From assembly GCA_035297365.1 (NCBI GenBank), contig DATGZA010000014.1, forward strand, positions 32,001 through 96,000: a stretch of 64,000 nucleotides of DNA. The letters are read 5' to 3'. Every line of letters starts with the position of its first letter. Position 1 is the stretch's first letter. Both the position numbers and the translations under genes were made by a program. The DNA comes from Nitrososphaeraceae archaeon. GTDB lineage: Archaea; Thermoproteota; Nitrososphaeria; Nitrososphaerales; Nitrososphaeraceae. Below the pieces are notes generated by a model. That model was not told where the DNA came from, ran no database searches, and saw only the letters and a program-made list of their open reading frames with translations. Shown in pieces: positions 29,717 to 38,266 of this stretch.

Positions 29717-32443
29717 TTATCCAGATACACAACTGCTAAATCCACATTCTATGCACACATTACATCCCTCAGTGATAATGAGTTTTGATTTACAAGATGG
29801 ACAGAGATCACTTTCGTCTATTTCCATCATTGTTTTTTGAATTAATTCAACATTCTTGTTAAAATTTGAAGTTATCAAAACATCGCGTTCTTCTTTTTTC
29901 ACGTTATCAAATATTTTACTTAGATATTGAACTATATATGGCTCTTTTATATGGGTATGAATATAATTAGTAACATAATCACTTGGTTTTACAATGAAAG
30001 ATTTTTCAAATGTATTTGTTCCTGGAATATGTAAAACCTGTTCATTTCGTGAGCCATCTCTATATACAGTAACACCCTTTAATCCCAATTCATGAGAAAG
30101 TAGATATGAAGATTTTACATCTTCTACTGTGACGTCTCCAGGCATATTTATTGTCTTTGCAATAGCATTACTTATCCATTTTTGCCATATTGACTGTGCC
30201 ATGACATGATCTGTCCAATGAATATCTATTGCTGTTGTAAATATGGATTGTATCCATTTAGGAATTTCATCAAGACCTCTAACAGAGCCATAATTATTTG
30301 CTATTTTTGTTAATATTTCATCATTATAAAGACCATTTTCTTTTAATATATTTTCAAATATTTTATTAGTATAGAAAAATCTCCCAACAGTGACACGTTT
30401 TTCAAAAACCAATGCAAAAACAGGTTCAACACCGTTAGAACAATCTGCTATCATGGATAATGTACCGGTTGGAGCGATTGTAGTAGTCCAAGAATTACGT
30501 ATTCCAAATTTTCGGATTTTCTCGGTTAAAGATTCCCAATCATAAGCGTGCTGGTCTTTCGGTATTTCATAACACCCAGATACAGGTATTTTTCCATTCA
30601 CATAATCAGTTTCTTTAAACAATGGAAAAGGTCCTCTAGATTTAGCAACAGCAACACTTTCTTCCATGCTATAATAGGTTAATGTTTCAGATAGTTTATT
30701 CATAAATTCATAACCTTCTGTCGATGTGTAGGGAATACGTAACAAAAACAATAGATCTGCTATTCCCATTATTCCCAATCCTATTCTTCTAGTAAGTTTA
30801 GTATTATAATCGATTTCTTCTATTGGATATTTGTTCACATCTATAACATTATCAAGAAATCTCGATGACAAACGTATGGCTTGCTCATATCTATGCCAAT
30901 CAAATTCATACATACCATCTGCCTTTCTTTTAACAAAATTTGCGAGATTTATAGATCCTAAATTACAGGATTCATAAGGATATAACGATTGTTCGCCACA
31001 CGGATTGGTAGCCCTCAATGGACCATTTTTAGCTTTGAGGCATGGATTGTATTTATTAATATTGTCAAAAAATATTACACCGGGTTCGGCACTTTTCCAT
31101 GCACTTAAAGATATAAGGTCTATCAATTGATGCGAATCTATCTGTTTTACGGGTTCGTGAGTCCTTGGATTTTTGAGTGTAAATTTATTGTTGTTTTTAT
31201 TTATCAAAGAATTCCAGAAATCATCCCATAGTCCTACACTTACATTAAAGTTTTCAAATACACCTGATTTCGTCTTTGCAGTAATGAATTTTTCAATATC
31301 AGGATGCCAAGCTTCCAATATCCCCATGTTTGCACCCCGTCTTTTACCTCCCTGCTTTACAACATCAGTAATGGTATCAATGATTCTCATAAATGATGCA
31401 GGTCCTGAAGCAACTCCCGATGTAGATGCAACAATGTCACCTTCAGGCCTAAGATCCGAATAATTTATTCCCACTCCACCTCCAGATTTAAAAATCATGG
31501 CTGCATCAGAAGATGTTTTCATGATCAGACCCATATCATCAGGTATATCCAGGACAAAGCATGCTGAAAGTTGACCTAATCTTGCCCCAGCATTCATTAA
31601 TGTAGGTGTGTTTGGAAGAAAATCTTTTGACACCATTAATTCAAAATATTCTTTGATTTTGTCTTCAAAACATGTAAATTTCCCCTGTACAATTAATTTT
31701 AATATTTCCTTAAATGATAATTTCATTTGCCCTCTGGAGGATAATTGAACAAACAATCGTATCAGAGATTCAAAATGATATTTATTAAGATAATATTCAC
31801 CTATTTTCAATTTCAGATCGAACTCGTTTATTTTATCATAGTAATTAGTTGCTTCTTCAATATCCTGATTGTATCCTCCAGCCAAATTGAAAATAAGAGG
31901 ATCATGTAATATATCAGCAATAGAGACAAGAATCGCAACTCTTTCGAACATCTCCTTGGGTCCTTCAATAATCTCATTATTATCATCACGCAAGAGATAA
32001 CGAGATGATAAAACACGTAAAGAATTGATATCAAAAGACTTGTCAACTTCATCCAAATCTTTTTTATTAAGAATTTTCATTTTATCTTCTCTTAGTTTTC
32101 TTCGTTCATGTCTATAGAGAATATAAGACTTCGCAGTATCTGCAAGACCATCTTCTATTAGAATTGATTCAACTATATCCTGAACATCTTCAACACTGGG
32201 AATTAAGCCCTTTTCAAATGAATTCCTAGTGATCTTTTCTAATACCTTATGACTCAACGTTTCAGCTAGTTTAAAATCTGGTTTACCAGTTGCAACCAAT
32301 GCCTTGTAAATAGCATGTGATATTTTTGCTTCATCAAAATTAACAACTCTACCATCTCTTTTTTTTATTTGAAAAATAGAATTATTTTTTGGTTTGTCTA
32401 CTTCAGATACTCCCATACAGCTCGCCTTCCAATTTTTTAACAA
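29717..32443 (-). CDS. nrdJ: adenosylcobalamin-dependent class II ribonucleotide reductase with N-terminal ATP cone
   Basis: KKRDGRVVNFD ATP cone, PNTPTLMNAG, LSACF, TNPCGEQ, TIAPTGT, C-terminal CPSC/EGCNVC; true start may be ATG at 32416. Confidence 0.95.
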   Translation of the reverse strand: MLKNWKASCMGVSEVDKPKNNSIFQIKKRDGRVVNFDEAKISHAIYKALVATGKPDFKLAETLSHKVLEKITRNSFEKGLIPSVEDVQDIVESILIEDGLADTAKSYILYRHERRKLREDKMKILNKKDLDEVDKSFDINSLRVLSSRYLLRDDNNEIIEGPKEMFERVAILVSIADILHDPLIFNLAGGYNQDIEEATNYYDKINEFDLKLKIGEYYLNKYHFESLIRLFVQLSSRGQMKLSFKEILKLIVQGKFTCFEDKIKEYFELMVSKDFLPNTPTLMNAGARLGQLSACFVLDIPDDMGLIMKTSSDAAMIFKSGGGVGINYSDLRPEGDIVASTSGVASGPASFMRIIDTITDVVKQGGKRRGANMGILEAWHPDIEKFITAKTKSGVFENFNVSVGLWDDFWNSLINKNNNKFTLKNPRTHEPVKQIDSHQLIDLISLSAWKSAEPGVIFFDNINKYNPCLKAKNGPLRATNPCGEQSLYPYESCNLGSINLANFVKRKADGMYEFDWHRYEQAIRLSSRFLDNVIDVNKYPIEEIDYNTKLTRRIGLGIMGIADLLFLLRIPYTSTEGYEFMNKLSETLTYYSMEESVAVAKSRGPFPLFKETDYVNGKIPVSGCYEIPKDQHAYDWESLTEKIRKFGIRNSWTTTIAPTGTLSMIADCSNGVEPVFALVFEKRVTVGRFFYTNKIFENILKENGLYNDEILTKIANNYGSVRGLDEIPKWIQSIFTTAIDIHWTDHVMAQSIWQKWISNAIAKTINMPGDVTVEDVKSSYLLSHELGLKGVTVYRDGSRNEQVLHIPGTNTFEKSFIVKPSDYVTNYIHTHIKEPYIVQYLSKIFDNVKKEERDVLITSNFNKNVELIQKTMMEIDESDLCPSCKSKLIITEGCNVCIECGFSSCVSG

Positions 32444-32519
32444 TCATCATTATTTATAAGAATTGTGAATTGAAAATACCAATAAAAATATTATATCAGG
32501 GAGGTTAGATACAATTTTA

Positions 32520-32537
32520 AACCCTAGATTTTGGGTT
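32520..32537. promoter_or_regulatory. imperfect palindrome resembling an NrdR box upstream of nrdJ
   Basis: AACCCTAGATTTTGGGTT; core CTAGATTTTG fits CwAnATnTwG. Confidence 0.35.
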
Positions 32538-32591
32538 ATTGATCCATCTAAATCATATATGTCAATAGATAGATTCTACAGTTATTTGTTA

Positions 32592-34754
32592 TTATATAGA
32601 TATTAATGAAATCTTATGAGAACCACAATATTCACAAATTCTATTATTAGTACATTGGGATCGTTTTCCACAAATATTGCATATTGCCAACCCAAAGGTC
32701 ATCCGAACAAAAGGGAGATCCAGTGATGATTCAATTAATGTTCTAACCTCTTCATCGGTAGAAATATTTTCAATATCAAGATCAATAGAAAGATTTCCTT
32801 TCAGAATTTTTTCTACAGCACAGTAATGATCACATACTGATTTCAAAGAAAGATTATTTGAAAGGACATCTGTGCCTTTAATTTGAAAACCTTGTGAATA
32901 GAGCTCTTGTTTATCGTTAGATGAATTGTCAGAAATTGCAATAGATTTACCGTATTTCTCATTGTCTAAACTCTTGAATCGATTTGAACTTTCATCTTTT
33001 AATATGGCTATCCCTATACTTGAATTTGATGATTCTTTAGTTTGTTCACCTATTATATCTACAGCCGTCTGTAAAACTTTACAAACAATATTTTCAGATT
33101 CGTTTCCAAATTTGTAACCTAAAATATTATAAATTGATTCATTAATTCCAACTAAATTTATCATAGCATCTATCTTACCAAGTTGTAGATTAGAAGTAAT
33201 TTTTGTTAGGAGTGGTGTAGTTCCCTTTTGTATATGCTCGGATATATTACTCACACGCTGGTAGATGACAGATATTAACGGTTTAAGCAATAACGCAAGT
33301 CTTGCTCTAAAATATGTCTCATCCCTATTTGATTGATATGCTATTCGTGGAAGATTTATTGACAAAGATTGAAGTGTTACTACCGTAGTTTTTACGGAAG
33401 GATGAACTGGTTTGCAAAGCCCGTACCTTCCCCGTATTTTTTGTTGAGAAAATGACATAATTCCACCAAGTCTAGAAATCTTTACAATTTTATCAGTGTA
33501 TTTGTAAATGGTGTTTCGGTCTTCATAGACGAGAGACAAACCAATATTAGGAATAGGTGTATTTACTATGTACCTGTAGTATCCATCAATTACGATATCT
33601 ATCAGGGACGAATTAGAGTCATCCAGATTGATAGGCAATGTGATGTAAGGGGAAAATGAGGAAACAGATGATATTGAAGATGAAAGAAAAAGGATTTTAG
33701 AAACTTTATTAACAAGATTTTCGCCTGTCTGAGCATATTTCCCAAGAAACTCGATGAGTCCTTCTAAAACCACTTCACGAGAAACCTCTCTAGTTAAAAG
33801 AGAAAGTAACAAAGGAATAATTGAATCATAATCATGTGCATTACACAATGACGTTATCCTTGAAATCCCTAGATACTTCCCTTTAATATGAGAAAGACTA
33901 TCTACTACAGAATTTAGATTGATAAAAATTGTATCAGGAAGTAAATTCCAGAAACCGCTCTTTCCAATATTAATTTCACCCATCAAATGCATGTCTACAA
34001 TATCTTTTGGGAGAGAATTATTAAGCAGATATTCAGTAAAAATTGAAGATGACGTTTTTATGAAAAGATCAGGAATTTCTACATTCGAACTTGTATCATT
34101 AATAATATTTATCAAATCTATGGGGGGTATTCCTAATCTTGCAAGTTTATTTCTATATTCATCATATCCATGATCTACTAGCACTGAATTGGTAGTTTCC
34201 CTTATTAGTGATGATGTAAGATAAGATGTTTGAATTTTGTAGATCTTATTCTCCACTTCCTCCGTAATCTTATTTGCAAGTTCCAAAGGCATATTCGCTT
34301 CACGTACTAAAGACTGAATGATTTTATTAGAATCAAATTCTTCTATCGAAGGTTTGGTAGTCCTAACATACAACTTACCGCTTTCTATTATCGATCTTTC
34401 CTCTATTTGACGAGCGAGACTTAAAACTAATTTACCTAGATTAGTTATAGTATATCTCCTTTCTGCCTTGTTAAGAGACACTAAAGATTGTCTGAGTAAT
34501 TTTCTTAGATGATAAGCAAATTTCCCAGATTCTTTCTTTGATTTAAATCCTGCTAATGATTTTAATTCGGAATAAGTTAATGGTCCCTTAGAATTTAAAA
34601 TTCTGAGAATATCAATACGATTAGGACTAGCCATGACTGAAAAAATCATTCTTACACGTCTTGAAGCTGATTCTAAAATTCCACCACGTTTCAAACTAGT
34701 CCTATTTGTGGTTTGGTATTGCACTCGCTCCATTGCACCCGTTATAATTAACAA
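32592..34754 (-). CDS. winged-HTH + ATP-cone + NrdD-like (class III RNR-derived) protein lacking the glycyl-radical loop
   Basis: ArsR-like wHTH (RIDILRIL...LTYSEL...YHLRKL), ATP cone (VRTTKPSIEEFDSNKI), NrdD-like motifs (MHLMGEI, SINLPR, LVGINE, RFKSLDNEKYG), terminal CxxC..CxxC, no R(V/I)xGY; ATG at 34733 is an alternative start. Confidence 0.85.
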   Translation of the reverse strand: MLIITGAMERVQYQTTNRTSLKRGGILESASRRVRMIFSVMASPNRIDILRILNSKGPLTYSELKSLAGFKSKKESGKFAYHLRKLLRQSLVSLNKAERRYTITNLGKLVLSLARQIEERSIIESGKLYVRTTKPSIEEFDSNKIIQSLVREANMPLELANKITEEVENKIYKIQTSYLTSSLIRETTNSVLVDHGYDEYRNKLARLGIPPIDLINIINDTSSNVEIPDLFIKTSSSIFTEYLLNNSLPKDIVDMHLMGEINIGKSGFWNLLPDTIFINLNSVVDSLSHIKGKYLGISRITSLCNAHDYDSIIPLLLSLLTREVSREVVLEGLIEFLGKYAQTGENLVNKVSKILFLSSSISSVSSFSPYITLPINLDDSNSSLIDIVIDGYYRYIVNTPIPNIGLSLVYEDRNTIYKYTDKIVKISRLGGIMSFSQQKIRGRYGLCKPVHPSVKTTVVTLQSLSINLPRIAYQSNRDETYFRARLALLLKPLISVIYQRVSNISEHIQKGTTPLLTKITSNLQLGKIDAMINLVGINESIYNILGYKFGNESENIVCKVLQTAVDIIGEQTKESSNSSIGIAILKDESSNRFKSLDNEKYGKSIAISDNSSNDKQELYSQGFQIKGTDVLSNNLSLKSVCDHYCAVEKILKGNLSIDLDIENISTDEEVRTLIESSLDLPFVRMTFGLAICNICGKRSQCTNNRICEYCGSHKISLISI

Positions 34755-34768
34755 GTAATTAAAACTAC

Positions 34769-34790
34769 TTTGTAAAGTTTTTTTTACAAA
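34769..34790. promoter_or_regulatory. perfect 8-6-8 inverted repeat, candidate operator
   Basis: TTTGTAAA-gttttt-TTTACAAA just upstream of a TATA-like TTTTAATT (34757-34764, - strand). Confidence 0.45.
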
Positions 34791-34840
34791 TAATATAATG
34801 TATTGTAATTAACCAATTGAACAAATAAAATTAATAACTG

Positions 34841-35449
34841 TTATATCAAAACTGGTTGACCTTCATGAAACTCGTTATCTTGTTCCTTGTAAATTCGTTT
34901 TTTATGTATACGAGTCGGTACTTCCGGAAGCTTGTTTTTAGTATCCTCTTCCATTGCAGATTGTACTTCATTAAGAATCTCCAATGCCTCAGCGTTTACA
35001 GGATATTGAATAGTGTCTGACTGTAAGTTTAGGTTAGTATTAATCAAAACATCTTCAGTTAAAGATGACATTTCTGAGAAAAGTAGTTTTGCTTGTGGAA
35101 CTGTATCAACTATATCTATCTGAACTTCTTTTATTGTATTAATCATTGGATTTATTGTATCTAAAATTCCAGCAAATTCGGAAATCGTAGAAAATCTAAT
35201 AACTATTACCTCCAGTGCCATTGACAATTTTTGTGTTATATTCTTTATTTTCCTAATATTTACCAATTCGCGAGCAATGACTTTAGCGTTACTAGTATCA
35301 CCGTTCTTTACGTTAATTGCAACTTTAACACATAAATCCCTATCAAGTGAGGCGAATCTTTTGTCAAGTATCCTCAGTTTAGCAAGTTGTGTATTAACAA
35401 CGACGGTTGCATGAGCAAGTCTGTTTTGAAGCTGGGGATACTTTTCCAC
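34841..35449 (-). CDS. Snf7 / CdvB (ESCRT-III) family paralog
   Basis: Helical hairpin AKVIARELVNIRKIK...SMALEVIVIRFST, acidic tail EALEILNE...KLPEVP. Confidence 0.82.
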   Translation of the reverse strand: MEKYPQLQNRLAHATVVVNTQLAKLRILDKRFASLDRDLCVKVAINVKNGDTSNAKVIARELVNIRKIKNITQKLSMALEVIVIRFSTISEFAGILDTINPMINTIKEVQIDIVDTVPQAKLLFSEMSSLTEDVLINTNLNLQSDTIQYPVNAEALEILNEVQSAMEEDTKNKLPEVPTRIHKKRIYKEQDNEFHEGQPVLI

Positions 35450-35546
35450 AATATCGTATTAATTTTCAGGATGTTAACTTTGATGTTAACCAATGTAGAC
35501 AATTTGATAAAGCATTATAAATTAACAAAACAGAAAATAGTTAAAT

Positions 35547-35933
35547 TCAGATTTTTTTAATTACTAGACCGTGTTTTTCATCGAATCCAGCTACCTTTAC
35601 TTTTGAACCTATAGGTAAATCTGATGGTGATTTAATCCCAGGAAGAAAACCAGACACTCTAATAAGAGCGCCTTCAAGGGAAAATACTACCCAAGCATAA
35701 CTTTCGACGTCATCAAATCCTTCGGGAGGGACGGCATGGATCGTGAAAGTAATTACTTTACCAATACCATCCAACTCTATTACATCAAACTTATTATTTT
35801 GACATTTAGTACAATAGACCATCGTTTCTAAAATAATTGTTTTACAATTTGTACATCTCCTAACTAAAATCTTCGAATTCTTTGCAGAAGATATGAATTT
35901 CTCTCTTAATCCAGAATTCAGTACGTCTTTCAC
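35547..35933 (-). CDS. DUF35 zinc-ribbon/OB-fold protein (thiolase partner)
   Basis: CTNC...CTKC followed by an OB fold (GKVITFTI...PPEGF). Confidence 0.9.
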   Translation of the reverse strand: MKDVLNSGLREKFISSAKNSKILVRRCTNCKTIILETMVYCTKCQNNKFDVIELDGIGKVITFTIHAVPPEGFDDVESYAWVVFSLEGALIRVSGFLPGIKSPSDLPIGSKVKVAGFDEKHGLVIKKI

Positions 35934-35942
35934 TTTACGCGG

Positions 35943-37097
35943 TTACACCTTTTTGAAAATATGAACTGCCGCACTAGCACCTGTAGCTCCAAAATTATGA
36001 GTAAGAGCTATTTTGGCATTCCTAATCGTTCTCTCTCCTGCTTTACCACTAAATTGTTCATATACCTCAACTATTTGTCCTATACCCGTTGCTCCAATTG
36101 GATGACCTTTGGACTTCAAACCCCCAGATGGGTTAATGGGAATTCTTCCTTGTCTTGATGTAGCACCATCCCTGATTTCTTTTACAGCTTTTCCCTTTTG
36201 AAAGAATCCTAAATCTTCAACATCAATTATTTCCGCTATAGTAAAACAGTCATGAACTTCTGCAAAATCTACATCCTTGGGCGAAATATTTGCCATCTTG
36301 TATGCCTGATTTGCAGCAGCAACGGTACTTGGAATAGTGTCTATTTCTTCTCGCCCTTGAACTGCTGCTGGTGAACCTCCGCGACCAGATCCTATCACTT
36401 CTATATATTCTCTGCCACTTCTTTTTGCGAATTCTTCACTACAAACAATAACTGCAGATGCACCGTCAGAAAAAGGACAGCAATCATAAAGTTTCAAGGG
36501 AGAAGCTACAACTGGAGAATTTAATACATCATCTACTGTTATTCGCTTACGCATATGTGCCTTTGGATTCAATAATCCATTTTCATGATTTTTAACCGCC
36601 ACAAGTGCTAGATCCTCTTCATTTGCTTTAAATTTAGTCATATAGGCTCTAGCAATGGACGCAAAAAGGCCAGGAAAGGAAGCACCATTACCACCTTCAT
36701 AAAAGAAATCAGAACAGTAAGAAAAGAGTGTCGTACTCTCTGTCGTTCCGGTGTGAGTAACTTTTTCCACTCCCAGAGCTAAAACACAATCATAAAAGCC
36801 AGCGGCAACATTGGCATACGCTTCTCTAAACATCACAGACCCAGAACCACATGCAGATTCTATTGTAAGACCAGGAACATGAGATATACCAAGATTACTC
36901 ATTATGACAGGAGCCATATGTACTTGTTTATCAACAACACCAAAAACGTTGGAGATATACCCAGCCTCGATATCTTTTGGTGTAATTCCTGCGGACTCTA
37001 TTGCATCTACTGAAGCATTTAATGCTATTTCAATAATACTTTCATTTAATTTACCATATTTTGTACTACCTGCTCCTAAAATGCAGACCTTATTCAC
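35943..37097 (-). CDS. archaeal thiolase (acetyl-CoA C-acetyltransferase)
   Basis: ESACGSG, DGASA, EVHDCF, NPSGGLKSKGHPIGATG. Confidence 0.93.
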   Translation of the reverse strand: MNKVCILGAGSTKYGKLNESIIEIALNASVDAIESAGITPKDIEAGYISNVFGVVDKQVHMAPVIMSNLGISHVPGLTIESACGSGSVMFREAYANVAAGFYDCVLALGVEKVTHTGTTESTTLFSYCSDFFYEGGNGASFPGLFASIARAYMTKFKANEEDLALVAVKNHENGLLNPKAHMRKRITVDDVLNSPVVASPLKLYDCCPFSDGASAVIVCSEEFAKRSGREYIEVIGSGRGGSPAAVQGREEIDTIPSTVAAANQAYKMANISPKDVDFAEVHDCFTIAEIIDVEDLGFFQKGKAVKEIRDGATSRQGRIPINPSGGLKSKGHPIGATGIGQIVEVYEQFSGKAGERTIRNAKIALTHNFGATGASAAVHIFKKV

Positions 37098-37250
37098 TTC
37101 AGTGATTTATTGTGTGTATTATAAAAATGTTAGACACTATGTATATTGAAAAATAATATTTGTATATAATTTTATCAATCAATGATAAAAGCAAAAAAAT
37201 AACTTTTTTTATTTTCTACATTTTTATGGATCTATTATTCTACTAAAAGT

Positions 37251-37355
37251 ATGTCAAAAGATAACCGTAAAACACATGCATACAGTGAGAAGAGATCTAG
37301 AAGTAAAAAGATTGGAAAATTAGAACGCAGAATCAGAAAAAAACCAAAAGCATGA
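37251..37355 (+). CDS. 34-aa highly basic micro-protein
   Basis: MSKDNRKTHAYSEKRSRSKKIGKLERRIRKKPKA*; ATG start, AT-rich promoter-like upstream region. Confidence 0.55.
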   Translation: MSKDNRKTHAYSEKRSRSKKIGKLERRIRKKPKA

Positions 37356-37416
37356 TTTCTGATAAAAATATATTTCCAACCTAAAATTTATAACTATTTT
37401 TTTCTATTGAAAATTA

Positions 37417-37530
37417 TTGAAAAATAGTAATTCAAATACAAAGAAAACCACGAAAAAGGGGATAGTAATAACAGCAATAATAGTTGTTACGATAATAGCT
37501 GCTAGTTTTTTAGTTTATTTCATTCCTTAA
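37417..37530 (+). CDS. 37-aa single-pass membrane micro-protein (or truncated membrane-anchored gene)
   Basis: TTG start; KKTTKKG then a hydrophobic run IVITAIIVVTIIAASFLVYFIP*. Confidence 0.5.
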   Translation: MKNSNSNTKKTTKKGIVITAIIVVTIIAASFLVYFIP

Positions 37531-37534
37531 ATCA

Positions 37535-37700
37535 AAATGACAGGATAGGTAGTGATATAATCGCAGATCAATCCAGCATTCTCAGGGTTGCCTCCCGCAA
37601 GTTTGGTAAGGGTTTTTCTGATATAGGATCTATGGAGTGTGGTCAAGAATCAATTCTTTATTTCATTATCTATATCATGTTCTTGTTTTATTGCAACTAC
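37535..37700 (-). pseudogene. probable N-terminal remnant of a tRNA-associated tyrosine integrase
   Basis: ...IKN*FLTTLHRSYIRKTLTKLAGGNPENAGLICDYITT; recalls N-termini of Nitrososphaera-type integrases (NPENAxxICDYI); about 50 nt from the tRNA 3' end. Confidence 0.5.
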
Positions 37701-37750
37701 TCTTGAAAAATCCCTTTATCTTATTAAACTTGCGTTTGGACCCCGAAGAA

Positions 37751-37849
37751 TGGCGCCGGGAGAGGGATTTGAACCCTCGGGACCATGCGGTCACAGGCTT
37801 TCTTGATGACTTTCCAGGCTTGCGCCCTTCCAGGCTAGGCGACCCCGGC
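37751..37849 (-). tRNA. tRNA-Ser(GGA) with 12-nt canonical-position intron (37800-37811) and encoded CCA
   Basis: GCCGGGG/CCCGGC acceptor stem, long variable arm, GGTTCAAATCC T-loop, anticodon GGA at 37813-37815, G discriminator plus CCA. Confidence 0.93.
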
Positions 37850-38030
37850 ACTAAAATATGCAATAACCTTGAACCAATTTATTTAACCTTCGAAAATATA
37901 ATCTATTGGATGATTCCCTGATTTTATTTTTTCGAAAAGCAAAATTTTGGACTAAAGTCAATAAAGTATTTGTATAGATTTTCTCGAGAGATAAAATAAA
38001 AATATGGCATAAGATGAAAAATAACGGAGA

Positions 38031-38189
38031 ATGACAGGTTTAGAAATATCAGAAAACTGTAAGAAGAATAAACATGTTGATTGTAATGAATGTATGTGTA
38101 ATTGTCACATACCAGGAACAATGGAAAATTTAGCAAAAAAAATTGCTAAATTAGATAAAACTATCCCTGGTATAGGCGAGACCATATAA
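38031..38189 (+). CDS. 52-aa Cys/His-rich metal-binding micro-protein
   Basis: MTGLEISENCKKNKHVDCNECMCNCHIPG...; C-x4-H-x2-C-x2-C-x-C-x-C-H; preceded by GGAG. Confidence 0.6.
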   Translation: MTGLEISENCKKNKHVDCNECMCNCHIPGTMENLAKKIAKLDKTIPGIGETI

Positions 38190-38266
38190 AATCAACTTGT
38201 TTTTACTGGATAGAAAATCGGTATCTTATAGATCACTATTAATGGCAATGATTCAAATAACAACGA

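Noticed and set aside
37540-37650. Locally GC-richer stretch first considered as 5S rRNA or another structured RNA
   Set aside because: No 5S consensus or closing stem seen; better explained as a coding remnant
37637-37921. ORFs 37637..37921 (+) and 37675..37863 (-)
   Set aside because: They are read-throughs of the GC-rich tRNA-Ser gene
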